From Candidatus Saccharimonadota bacterium (GTDB lineage Bacteria > Patescibacteriota > Saccharimonadia > Saccharimonadales > OFTM59), in assembly GCA_029260875.1 (NCBI GenBank), contig JAJDCL010000009.1, forward strand, positions 103 through 64,102: DNA of 64,000 nucleotides, given 5' to 3'. The notes beneath the pieces were generated by a model that saw nothing but the letters and a program-made list of their open reading frames with translations, made no database searches and was not told where the DNA came from. The position numbers were made by a program, and so were the translations under genes. Positions 1 through 9,930 of the stretch are shown piece after piece (positions within the stretch are counted from its first letter, which is position 1; each line of letters starts with the position of its first letter).

Positions 1-79
1 GCCTACCATTTATGTTGCAAAGGTGTTGAGTTAGTACGAAATACTTGTATTATGCATTTTTTGTGCTATAGTAAGTACG

Positions 80-559
80 ATGAGTGATATCGCGAAATTT
101 TCAGAAAGAGCCGGAGCAGTAACGCGCGAGCTTTTTGATGTATTCGGGGTGCCAAAAAACGTCTCGGAAGGTATTGTTGGGTGTGTTGAGAGACACCTTT
201 ATGTGAGTGTGTTCGTGTCAGGAGCGCTGGGCGCGCTAATGCTTGCAAATATTGCTGGCTCCGATACAGCTAGAACAGGTATGGATGAGGCTGTCAGGAT
301 GTCGCGTTTTGGTGTTATGACCAGAGAAGGTCCAGTTGAGTGTTATGGCGAGGTCCCCATCACTCTGGATAAAGGCGATACTGTTGCAGGCGCGGTGCAG
401 GAAAATACAATTCTTGCAATTGGTGGGCCCGCCTCCAGACAGGTCGATCTTGCACCTGTCGCAAATGCTGTTGCGGGAGAAAACGGATTTCCTGATGCTT
501 CTATGATTCCTGCCAATACTGGTATCGTTTTACCATATGCCTGCGGGTTTGCTCCATGA
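80..559 (+). CDS. Membrane-anchored protein with a possible degenerate C-terminal LysM-like domain
   Basis: One hydrophobic helix (LYVSVFVSGALGALMLANIAG), then ITLDKGDTV...MIPANTGIVLP, resembling LysM ends; TATAGT -10 box 7 nt upstream of the ATG. Confidence 0.5.
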   Translation: MSDIAKFSERAGAVTRELFDVFGVPKNVSEGIVGCVERHLYVSVFVSGALGALMLANIAGSDTARTGMDEAVRMSRFGVMTREGPVECYGEVPITLDKGDTVAGAVQENTILAIGGPASRQVDLAPVANAVAGENGFPDASMIPANTGIVLPYACGFAP

Positions 560-617
560 TTTTAGTGCTACGCTAGAAACTTCTTAATTAATAGCGTTGC
601 GCTATCCGGTAGGCCTC

Positions 618-626
618 TGTTATAAT
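618..626 (+). promoter_or_regulatory. Extended -10 promoter of the atp operon
   Basis: TGTTATAAT (TGn-TATAAT) upstream of atpB. Confidence 0.6.
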
Positions 627-638
627 TAAGTCATAATT

Positions 639-713
639 ATGGGATACGCCGACACTACTTTGCCGACGATTACTGAGGTTGTTGCTAACAGCCTGGGGGG
701 TTGTATCTTGTGA
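639..713 (+). CDS. Possible 24-aa uORF coupled to atpB (MGYADTTLPTITEVVANSLGGCIL)
   Basis: ATG just after the predicted TSS; its TGA overlaps the in-frame atpB GTG at 710 (GTGA). Confidence 0.35.
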   Translation: MGYADTTLPTITEVVANSLGGCIL

Positions 714-1558
714 CCCAACTTTTTGCAGCTACCGATATTCACATCAGCCTAAAAGCAGAGCAGTTGTTTACTTTTGGTCCTTTAACCGTGACAAACTCTA
801 TGATCTACGGGCTACTCTGCGCAATTCTATTGGCGGCTGTCATGATTTTTGCCACCCGGCGGAGCAAGCTGCTGCCCGGCAAGAATCGCTTAACGGCTAT
901 AGTGGAAGCTATAACAGAATATGTGATTGGTGTTTTAGAAGGCGCGTTTGGGTCACGGGAAAAAGCGGCCAAATTTGCCCCTGTTTTTGGATTTTACTTT
1001 TTCTTTATTATTTTTAACAATATGCTCGGCCTGCTGCCGATCGTTGGCCCTGGGGTCTATAGCAGCATAGAAGGAGCTCATACTCCGCTCTTTCGTCCGT
1101 TTACGGCCGACCTAAACGGTACAATTGCGATGAGTGTTATAGCAATCATTATGGTCCAGTACCTTAGTATCAAAGAACAAGGTGGCAAGAAGCATTTGCA
1201 GCATTACTTTACTGATAAACCGAAAAACCCAATCAACTTCTTTATTGGCATCCTTGAGGTGTTCGGGGAATTCACGCGTATTCTTAGCCTTTCATTGCGA
1301 CTTTTTCTAAACACCGCTGTGGGGGAAATCCTGATAGCCGTCTTTACTTCTATGATTATTGCATCTGGCCGTACACCTATTGCTGTATTGCCCATACTGT
1401 TATTTGAGGCTCTGGTCGCGTATATTCAGGCGTATGTATTTACGGTGCTAGCGGGCACCTATCTGGGCATGGCTATATCCCATGCCGAACATCATGATGA
1501 ACACCAAGCAAGTTTAACCTCAGGCCAGGTCGAAGCCAGGGGGTTGCATGGTGGCTAA
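701..1558 (+). CDS. atpB: ATP synthase F0 subunit a (start may be GTG 710)
   Basis: RPFTADLN, SLSLRLFLN (essential Arg), IQAYVF; first gene of the atp operon. Confidence 0.97.
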   Translation: MYLVTQLFAATDIHISLKAEQLFTFGPLTVTNSMIYGLLCAILLAAVMIFATRRSKLLPGKNRLTAIVEAITEYVIGVLEGAFGSREKAAKFAPVFGFYFFFIIFNNMLGLLPIVGPGVYSSIEGAHTPLFRPFTADLNGTIAMSVIAIIMVQYLSIKEQGGKKHLQHYFTDKPKNPINFFIGILEVFGEFTRILSLSLRLFLNTAVGEILIAVFTSMIIASGRTPIAVLPILLFEALVAYIQAYVFTVLAGTYLGMAISHAEHHDEHQASLTSGQVEARGLHGG

Positions 1559-1624
1559 CCATTTACAACTAAAAGGTAAAATTAATCCGGTACGCAATTT
1601 TAGCGTGACGGTAAAGGAGTAAAG

Positions 1625-1861
1625 ATGGTTGAATTATTTGCAGATGCAGCAAGCTCACTAGCGATTTCTAAGGGAATCATGCTGGGTGTAGCTTTTGCTG
1701 CCGCCGCACTGGGCCTAGGTCTGGTTGGCTCAAGTTATATGAAGGCATTGGGACGAAACCCAGAAGCCGGCAAGGCTGCTACGTCAGTCGTGATCATCGC
1801 CGCGATGATTGAGGTAACTGCGCTTTTGGCCTTCCTGCTAGGCGCCTTCCTGCTAGGCTAA
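1625..1861 (+). CDS. atpE: ATP synthase F0 subunit c
   Basis: Helical hairpin, GRNPEA loop, conserved Glu in AMIEVT; RBS AAGGAG. Confidence 0.97.
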   Translation: MVELFADAASSLAISKGIMLGVAFAAAALGLGLVGSSYMKALGRNPEAGKAATSVVIIAAMIEVTALLAFLLGAFLLG

Positions 1862-1883
1862 GAGAATAAATTAAGGAGATATA

Positions 1884-2459
1884 GTGACAGAACTGCTTTA
1901 CAGAATTGTAGCTCAAACAAGCGAGCACGGACCGACGGCCGAACACGCTGAAGAGGCGGGTGGTATCGGTGCGCTGGGGTTAGACCCACTGGCGATTTTG
2001 GCGCAGGCTGTCACTTTTCTTCTGCTTTTTTGGATTATTAAGCGATTTGCGCTAGAGAAAATTGTAAATACCCTTGAAGAACGCCGAAAGACAATTGATA
2101 AAGGGGTCCGCCTCGGAATTCATATGCAGGTCGAGCAAGACAAGCTTGCTGATACTATCGAACAAAAACTGCAAGGGGTACGCAAAAAAGCCGACATTAT
2201 TCTGGCAGAAGCAAATCAAGAGGCTGGCGCTATCGTCAAGCAGGCCGAAGCGACGGCGCAAACCAGCGTAGACACAATGTTGTCTGATGCTCGTGCGCGG
2301 ATAGAGGATGATGTCCAAAAAGCTAAGCGTGAGCTGAAGAAAGAGACAATTGACCTAGTGGCAGCTGCAACAGAAATTATAATTGACGAAAAACTTGATG
2401 CTCAAAAAGACAGTGAGCTGATTGAGCGCGCACTTGAGGGAGCTAACAGAAATGGCTAA
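1884..2459 (+). CDS. atpF: ATP synthase F0 subunit b
   Basis: N-terminal TM followed by LEERRKTI and a long coiled coil; operon position. Confidence 0.95.
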   Translation: MTELLYRIVAQTSEHGPTAEHAEEAGGIGALGLDPLAILAQAVTFLLLFWIIKRFALEKIVNTLEERRKTIDKGVRLGIHMQVEQDKLADTIEQKLQGVRKKADIILAEANQEAGAIVKQAEATAQTSVDTMLSDARARIEDDVQKAKRELKKETIDLVAAATEIIIDEKLDAQKDSELIERALEGANRNG

Positions 2460-2844
2460 AGCATCAGTCAAGCAGCTTTCAGAAGCAATTTACGCGTTGA
2501 TTAAGCAGGCCAAAACACAGGAAGAGCTGTCTAAAACCATAGCAGCCTATCTTGTTGCCGAGCAGCAAACCAAAGACACTGACCGTATACTGCGCGAAGT
2601 TGAACGGCTTAGGTACGAACGCGATGGTGTGCTGGAAGTTGTTACGACCGCGCGCAGAAGCCTGAATGAATCAACTAAGCAAGCAATTTCACAAATTTTT
2701 GAAGCAAAGAACAGTAAAATAATAGAACAGACCGACGAAAATTTGGTCGGCGGCGTTAGTATCCAGGCTTTGGACAAATGGCTTGATCTGAGTATCCGTG
2801 GCCGACTAAATCAACTCAAGAACACTAACTTAGGTAAGGGATAA
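2452..2844 (+). CDS. atpH: ATP synthase F1 delta (short form)
   Basis: [11 protein letters not shown]...DLSIRGRL C-terminal motif; ATG 2452 overlaps the atpF end. Confidence 0.9.
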   Translation: MAKASVKQLSEAIYALIKQAKTQEELSKTIAAYLVAEQQTKDTDRILREVERLRYERDGVLEVVTTARRSLNESTKQAISQIFEAKNSKIIEQTDENLVGGVSIQALDKWLDLSIRGRLNQLKNTNLGKG

Positions 2845-2846
2845 GC

Positions 2847-4412
2847 ATGGCACAATCTGACATATCGGTTAAAGAACTATCAAGTGATGTCCGTAAAGCA
2901 ATTGAACAGCTCAAGGTACGACCTGAAATTGAATCTGTTGGTATCGTAACCCGCATTGGTGATGGAATTGCTTGGGTTTATGGTCTACGCGACGCCGGTT
3001 TTAACGAAATGATAGAAATTGAGTCGGAAACCGGGCATGTCACCGCCTTTGCATTGAACTTGGGCGAAGACGAGATTGGCGCAGTACTGCTTGGCGATGA
3101 CCGCTACGTTAAGGCTGGGGCCAAGGTGCGCCGAACGGGTAAGATTCTGGAAGTGCCAGTTGGGCCAGAGCTGGTTGGTAGAGTTGTTAGCCCGTTAGGT
3201 GAGCCGTTGGATGAAAAAGGCCCGATTAAGGCTAGTCACAAGGGCCTCGTTGAGCAAGCTGCCCCTGGAGTTTTGGACCGCAAAAGTGTGCACGAGCCTT
3301 TGATGACCGGGCTGCTGGCTATTGACTCTATGGTGCCAATTGGTCGTGGCCAGCGCGAGCTTATCATCGGTGACCGTCAGACTGGTAAAACTGCTGTGGC
3401 GATCGACACCATGATCAACCAGCATCGCCAGCAAACCGGTGTAATTAACATTTATGTAGCTATCGGACAAAAGCTAAGTAAGGTTGCCCGAATTATTGAG
3501 AGGCTTAAGCGTGAGGGCGTGATGGATCAGACGATCATCATTGCCACGAGCGCTAGCGACCCTGCCTCATTGCAGTACCTAGCGCCCTACGCTGGAACCG
3601 CTATGGGTGAATACTTCCGTGACAACGGTCAACACGCCTTGATTATCTACGACGACCTCACCAAACACGCGGCTGCTTACCGCCAAATGTCACTATTGCT
3701 TCGCCGTCCACCCGGCCGTGAAGCCTACCCTGGCGATGTGTTTTACCTGCATTCACGCTTGCTTGAACGCTCGGCTAAATTGAGTGACGAGAAAGGGGCT
3801 GGTTCACTTACTGCCCTGCCGATTATTGAGACTCAGGCTGGTGATATTAGCGCGTACATCCCGACCAACGTGATTTCTATTACTGACGGTCAGATTTTCA
3901 TGGAAACCAACTTGTTTTATCAGGGTATCCGCCCGGCTATCTCTGTCGGTTTGTCCGTCTCACGTGTTGGTGGCGCTGCACAGACCAAGGCTGTTAAGAG
4001 TGTGGCTGGTCCCTTGCGACTTAATCTGGCCCAGTTCCGTGAACTGGCTGCCTTTGCTCAGTTCTCTACTGATTTAGATGCCGAGACTAAGCAGCGTATC
4101 GAACGCGGTCAGCGTCTTACCGAACTACTAAAGCAGCCACAGTATTCGCCGCTCAGTGTTTGGGAGCAAACGGCAATCCTGATGGCAGCAAACGACGGTG
4201 CCTTTGACCAAATTGAACTAAAAGACATTAAGAAAGCTCAACAAGCATTACTGACTACACTGCACCGCGAACACAGAAAAGCTATGGACGCCTTGGATAA
4301 AGGCGACAAACCAACCGACGGCATCATCAAAACTGTTACTGAGACAGCAAAGCAAATAGCAAAGAGCTATATTAAGAGCGATAAATCAACGGGTGTGGAG
4401 CAAGAAGAATAA
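2847..4412 (+). CDS. atpA: ATP synthase F1 alpha
   Basis: [29 protein letters not shown]. Confidence 0.99.
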   Translation: MAQSDISVKELSSDVRKAIEQLKVRPEIESVGIVTRIGDGIAWVYGLRDAGFNEMIEIESETGHVTAFALNLGEDEIGAVLLGDDRYVKAGAKVRRTGKILEVPVGPELVGRVVSPLGEPLDEKGPIKASHKGLVEQAAPGVLDRKSVHEPLMTGLLAIDSMVPIGRGQRELIIGDRQTGKTAVAIDTMINQHRQQTGVINIYVAIGQKLSKVARIIERLKREGVMDQTIIIATSASDPASLQYLAPYAGTAMGEYFRDNGQHALIIYDDLTKHAAAYRQMSLLLRRPPGREAYPGDVFYLHSRLLERSAKLSDEKGAGSLTALPIIETQAGDISAYIPTNVISITDGQIFMETNLFYQGIRPAISVGLSVSRVGGAAQTKAVKSVAGPLRLNLAQFRELAAFAQFSTDLDAETKQRIERGQRLTELLKQPQYSPLSVWEQTAILMAANDGAFDQIELKDIKKAQQALLTTLHREHRKAMDALDKGDKPTDGIIKTVTETAKQIAKSYIKSDKSTGVEQEE

Positions 4413-4414
4413 TT

Positions 4415-4780
4415 ATGGCAATCGATAACTTCGGAATACCTAATGTGGATACTCGGACGCCTGAATATGACCCAGAAAAACAGTTTCATCTGCGTTTTGA
4501 CAGACTTCAAGAATTGATTACAGAAGATACGCTTTTTGCGGGCGATATCCACGGATATATCACGAGTCTTGCGACTTTTACGATGTCGGCGTTACGGTCT
4601 GGTATTGACATGGCAAGGCGTGACAAGGAGCCGATTGAAAGCATATTGACTACTTCAGGGTTGGATATAATCCAGAATGCACTTTACGTCGCTCTCACCA
4701 ACCCAGAAGTACGACGCAGTATCGTAATTTCAGAACAGATGCAACAAAAGAGATTAAAGGGTGCGGAGAAAGAGCAGTAG
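4415..4780 (+). CDS. Hypothetical 121-aa protein inserted in the atp operon
   Basis: Clean ORF starting 2 nt after the atpA stop; no recognisable motif. Confidence 0.7.
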   Translation: MAIDNFGIPNVDTRTPEYDPEKQFHLRFDRLQELITEDTLFAGDIHGYITSLATFTMSALRSGIDMARRDKEPIESILTTSGLDIIQNALYVALTNPEVRRSIVISEQMQQKRLKGAEKEQ

Positions 4781-4783
4781 TCG

Positions 4784-4873
4784 GAATATGAAATACGAAA
4801 TACGAAATATGGGAGAGCGGCAGGTGGCTATTACGACTAATCCCCTTTTTGCATTTTGCATTTTACATTTTAC
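4784..4873. repeat. Heptamer-periodic imperfect inverted repeat
   Basis: GAATATG-AAATACG-AAATACG-AAATATG-GGA ... TCCC-C-TTTTTGCA-TTTTGCA-TTTTACA-TTTTAC. Confidence 0.7.
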
Positions 4874-4897
4874 TAAAAGCACCAGAGGTGCTGCCTG

Positions 4898-5764
4898 ATG
4901 GCACAGACGACGGCGCTTAAGCGCAGAATTACCAGCGTAAAGAATACCAGGCAGATTACCAAAGCTATGGAGCTAGTGGCTGCCAGTAAAATGCGTCGTG
5001 CCCAAGAAAACGCCTTGCGCAGCCGCGAATATCGCAATCTTGCCCGTGCAATTCTGACGCGTATTTCTGAGCTAACCGATGTCACTAAGCATCCGCTATA
5101 TGCCAAGCGAACCATCAAAACCCGCCTGTACATTATTGTCACGAGTGACCGAGGATTAGCTGGCGCATACAATAGTAATCTTTTCCGGCAGCTAACTACT
5201 GAATTGCAGGCAGATCAGGCTCAAAAAATTCAAAGCCAGGTTATCGCAATCGGTAAACAAGGCGCAAAATTCTTGGCTCGTTTTAAGGACGTTGAAGTCA
5301 CAGCTGTGTATGAAAATTTTCCGGACTACCCGACGGCTAATGATATTCGTCCTATTCTAAATACTATTATAGAGAGCTACACAGCTAAGGACGTCCATAC
5401 TGTAGATATTTTGTACACGGACTATAAATCATCTATCTCCCAGGTTGTAACGAGTGACCGGTTATTGCCAGCAGTTTTTGAGGCTGTGCCTATCCCTAAA
5501 GATCTTGAAGCCGCCGAGTTTGAGCCTTCTGCGGAAGTAGTCTTAGATAACATTACAGAGCGGATTATAGAAGTCCAGCTATCACAGGCTTTGCTGGAAT
5601 CTAAAGCCAGCGAACAGTCTATGCGCATGATGGCTATGAAGAATGCCTCAGATAATGCCGGCGAGATCATAGACGACCTGACCCTGGCCTTTAACACGGC
5701 CCGCCAGGCAGCCATCACTCAGGAATTAGCAGAGATAACCGGCGGCGCGGAGGCTATAAAATGA
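4898..5764 (+). CDS. atpG: ATP synthase F1 gamma
   Basis: ITKAMELVAASK, SDRGLAG, RQAAITQELAEI. Confidence 0.99.
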   Translation: MAQTTALKRRITSVKNTRQITKAMELVAASKMRRAQENALRSREYRNLARAILTRISELTDVTKHPLYAKRTIKTRLYIIVTSDRGLAGAYNSNLFRQLTTELQADQAQKIQSQVIAIGKQGAKFLARFKDVEVTAVYENFPDYPTANDIRPILNTIIESYTAKDVHTVDILYTDYKSSISQVVTSDRLLPAVFEAVPIPKDLEAAEFEPSAEVVLDNITERIIEVQLSQALLESKASEQSMRMMAMKNASDNAGEIIDDLTLAFNTARQAAITQELAEITGGAEAIK

Positions 5765-5783
5765 TGATAATTGAAGGAGTTAA

Positions 5784-7171
<1,388 letters not shown>

Positions 7172-7172
<1 letters not shown>

Positions 7173-7600
7173 TGATTCACTTTGAGCTTGTGACGTTAGA
7201 CGGAGTAAAATTCAAACAATCCGTCTACGAGGTCCAGTTACCAACGACGGAGGGTGTTATAGGTGTTTTTAAGGACCACTCTCCGCTTGTGGCTATGGCG
7301 GTTCCTGGCGTAATTAAAGTTCGCCATAAGGCTGGCGAGCCAGACGACCTGCAAGATTTTATTGCCACTAACGGCGGGGTTATCGAGGTTGGCAACGATA
7401 ATGTTCGTGTGCTTGTTGACGAAGCAGACCTAGCTGATGAGATTAACGAGAAAGAAGCCGAAGAAGCCCATAAGTTAGCCCTTAAGTTGCGTAGTGAGGC
7501 TAAAGACCAAACATCGCTTGATCACGCTCAAAGCCTAATCGACCGTTCATCCGTACGGCTGCAGGTAGCCAACCTCAAGCGTCACCGCCGCCACCGCTAA
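7172..7600 (+). CDS. atpC: ATP synthase F1 epsilon
   Basis: LPTTEGVIGVFKDHSP, GGVIEV; last gene of the operon. Confidence 0.95.
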
Positions 7601-7967
7601 GCCGCAGTTGGAGGCTCTGTGGCCCCAGCAAACGCGGCTTCAAGAGAGGAAATCTCGCACATAGTGCTACCTATGTCGCTAGCGGTCTGGCTTGCTCCTA
7701 GTCTTACGCTCCTGGCGACTAAAGTAATAAGGTTGGATTGACTTAATACGTATGCGCCATCCTCGGTCCTGGGCCACTCCGACTTAAGTTCATCTATAAC
7801 CCTTTCTATCTGTACTTCAGTATGCTCAAGGATCCGTGAGCCTGCACGCCTAAGGTCTAATAACAGCTGTTCCCTCTTGCGTGGCTTATTATTTCCCCAT
7901 CTCCCACAACCGGAAGAGCATTGGCCCTGTTTGTTATTTCTTCTCTACGACCTGTAGGAGACGGCAT
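7597..7967 (-). pseudogene. Frameshifted ~123-aa orphan gene (absent from the ORF track)
   Basis: RBS GAGGT plus ATG 7967 (MPSPTGRREEITNRANALPVVGDGEII...). The -1 frame stays open to TAG 7597 (...REQLLLDLRRAGSRILEHTEVQIERVIDELKSEW...), overlapping the atpC stop. Confidence 0.6.
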
Positions 7968-8004
7968 GGATTACCTCATGGTAAAAAGTACACACGGCAA
8001 TTAC

Positions 8005-8033
8005 TTGCATGTTACTACTGTTCACAGTAAAAT
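8005..8033 (+). promoter_or_regulatory. Sigma-70 promoter of the carbonic-anhydrase-like gene
   Basis: TTGCAT-17nt-TAAAAT. Confidence 0.55.
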
Positions 8034-8058
8034 TATAGGTAAGAATTATTAAAATAAA

Positions 8059-8074
8059 TGTGATTATTATCACA
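8059..8074. promoter_or_regulatory. Crp/Fnr-family box (perfect core consensus)
   Basis: AAA-TGTGA-TTATTA-TCACA; a minus-strand TATAAT at 8037-8032 puts the box centre at -41.5. Confidence 0.8.
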
Positions 8075-8100
8075 CAGTAATTGTGAAGGGTGAAGTGTTT

Positions 8101-9057
8101 ATGCCTAATGAAATTGATTTGAATCCTGAAACGTTGAGAAGAGTTAGCAGCCTGCGCATTACTGATGGGCTTGGCTTTGGGGAGGGAGGAATATCCCATA
8201 CCGAACGCAAGGATGTAACCCCAGAGATACTGGCACGTGTTGAAAACTTGCTTACATCACCAGATATACTGATCCCCGTAGATGCGGATGACGATGGCTG
8301 CGGCGATGGTCGTGAAGTCGGTGTTATATATGAGGGTGATGAAATCCGTAAACATTCACTCAATCGTTCAAAAGTTTTTGGCGGAGGCGCTATGATGTCC
8401 GCTGCTGCACGTATCGGGCTTGGGCATGCCAAAGGCGAAAATCTTCACCAAACTATTGATGAGGCTAAAAGCCTTCTTATTGACCGCGGTCTCCCCTATG
8501 GTGCTCATACTGGTCCGCATGCCAATGAAGAAAAAAGTGACTGCGGTGCGATCGACAACGCACCAATTATCGTTAGCAATGTAGAAAAATACCGTAACGA
8601 AATTGCGGGCACAATTACAGCTTTAGGCATAGACACTACGGGGCTTGACGAAGTTATTGATGCTTTTGGCGAGTACGGTGAAGCTATACAGGAACAAGAT
8701 TATAGTGGTGCGAAAGTCGTGGAAGGGATTAGACGCGAAGGCCGAGTAGTTAAAGCGCTAAAGGCTGAACATCTTGAAATGTATATAGTTCTTAATAACG
8801 TGCGTGGAATGACCATAAACCAGGAGAAAGTACGCGAAATCAGCGGTGGTATGGTCCAGGTTTTCGGTGTGGATATATGGCGCATGCAAGAGCAAGCTGG
8901 TTTTGTGTATCCAGAAGACAAAGGTTTTAGTGATGCTGATCGTCACGAAGCATTTCTTAGTGAACTATCCTATACGCTCTCAACAGCAGCTACGCTTACA
9001 AAGGGCGATTTGCCTGTTTATATGGTAAGTTCGCAGCCTGAACTTATAGCTGCATAA
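8101..9057 (+). CDS. Cadmium carbonic anhydrase (CDCA/zeta)-like protein
   Basis: CGDGR, FGGG, GAH...CGA: Cys/His/Cys metal ligands plus an Asp-x-Arg dyad. Confidence 0.7.
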   Translation: MPNEIDLNPETLRRVSSLRITDGLGFGEGGISHTERKDVTPEILARVENLLTSPDILIPVDADDDGCGDGREVGVIYEGDEIRKHSLNRSKVFGGGAMMSAAARIGLGHAKGENLHQTIDEAKSLLIDRGLPYGAHTGPHANEEKSDCGAIDNAPIIVSNVEKYRNEIAGTITALGIDTTGLDEVIDAFGEYGEAIQEQDYSGAKVVEGIRREGRVVKALKAEHLEMYIVLNNVRGMTINQEKVREISGGMVQVFGVDIWRMQEQAGFVYPEDKGFSDADRHEAFLSELSYTLSTAATLTKGDLPVYMVSSQPELIAA

Positions 9058-9141
9058 AAGCTGGTTCTTACGAAATTTATTTGTAATATAGACAAAATAG
9101 TCTATTCTTAAAATATACAAAGTTTTAAGTGGAGGTTTTAG

Positions 9142-9879
9142 ATGTTTGGGAGACAAAAAGTAGCTGCTTTGGTGGCTGAATTTGTCGGTACTGCTACATT
9201 GGTTTCAGTAGTACTGGCAACAATTTATGGACGGACTGGGTTCCCTCTGTTTATAGCGCTGGCCGCTGGCTTGACGGTTGGTCTGATGCTTCTTGTTTTG
9301 GGCCCGATTTCTGGAGCACACATCAACCCGGTTGTGACGATTGGCTTATGGACAACGCGCAAGATACAAACAACGCAGGCTGTTGTTTATGTCGCCGCAC
9401 AGATGCTGGGCGCAGTAGCTGCATGGCAGCTGGCGGAGTTTTTGCTAAACCGTCCACTTCAGAATACAGCTGGCGACAGTCTTGATTGGCGGATTTTGAT
9501 CGCAGAAGCAGTCGGTGCGTTTATTTTTACAACCGCACTAGCAGCTGCAATTTCCCGGGCGTATGCTGGGGTGAGACTAGCATTAACTGCCGGATTCGGA
9601 TTTGCGTTTGGAATGTTGATAGCTTCCCTGGCCTCAAACGGGCTGATTAACCCTGCGCTTGCACTAGGTATGCAATCTTGGAGCTGGGCTTACCTGTTAG
9701 GGCCTTTAGCAGGCGCAGTAATAGGCATGAACCTATATGGGCTTGTGTTTGAACCTATTGATAACCCAAAACCAAGAACTGTTAAAGCAGCTGTAACTGC
9801 AGCTTCTAAAAAAGTTAAAACGACAGCAAAGAAAACTAAAAAGCGTGTTACTAAGAGCGTCGCTAAGAAAAAGAAATAA
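9142..9879 (+). CDS. MIP/aquaporin family channel with a Lys-rich tail
   Basis: AEFVGT, SGAHINPVVT, LINPAL; six TM helices. Confidence 0.92.
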   Translation: MFGRQKVAALVAEFVGTATLVSVVLATIYGRTGFPLFIALAAGLTVGLMLLVLGPISGAHINPVVTIGLWTTRKIQTTQAVVYVAAQMLGAVAAWQLAEFLLNRPLQNTAGDSLDWRILIAEAVGAFIFTTALAAAISRAYAGVRLALTAGFGFAFGMLIASLASNGLINPALALGMQSWSWAYLLGPLAGAVIGMNLYGLVFEPIDNPKPRTVKAAVTAASKKVKTTAKKTKKRVTKSVAKKKK

Positions 9880-9904
9880 CTAGTCGTTTTGACGCAACAC
9901 TAGG

Positions 9905-9930
9905 AAGAGCTCCGTAAATGGGGCTCTTTT
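9905..9930 (+). terminator. Intrinsic terminator between convergent genes
   Basis: AAGAGCTCC-GTAAAT-GGGGCTCTT followed by a T-rich run. Confidence 0.7.

Noticed and set aside
1625..1861. Na+-translocating ATP synthase
   Set aside because: The c subunit lacks the Gln and Glu-Ser/Thr Na+ signature (it reads EVT with no Q), so it is probably H+-type
7945..8432. Minus-strand track ORFs of 84 and 120 aa
   Set aside because: They are antisense to the CA gene and cross AT-rich promoter DNA
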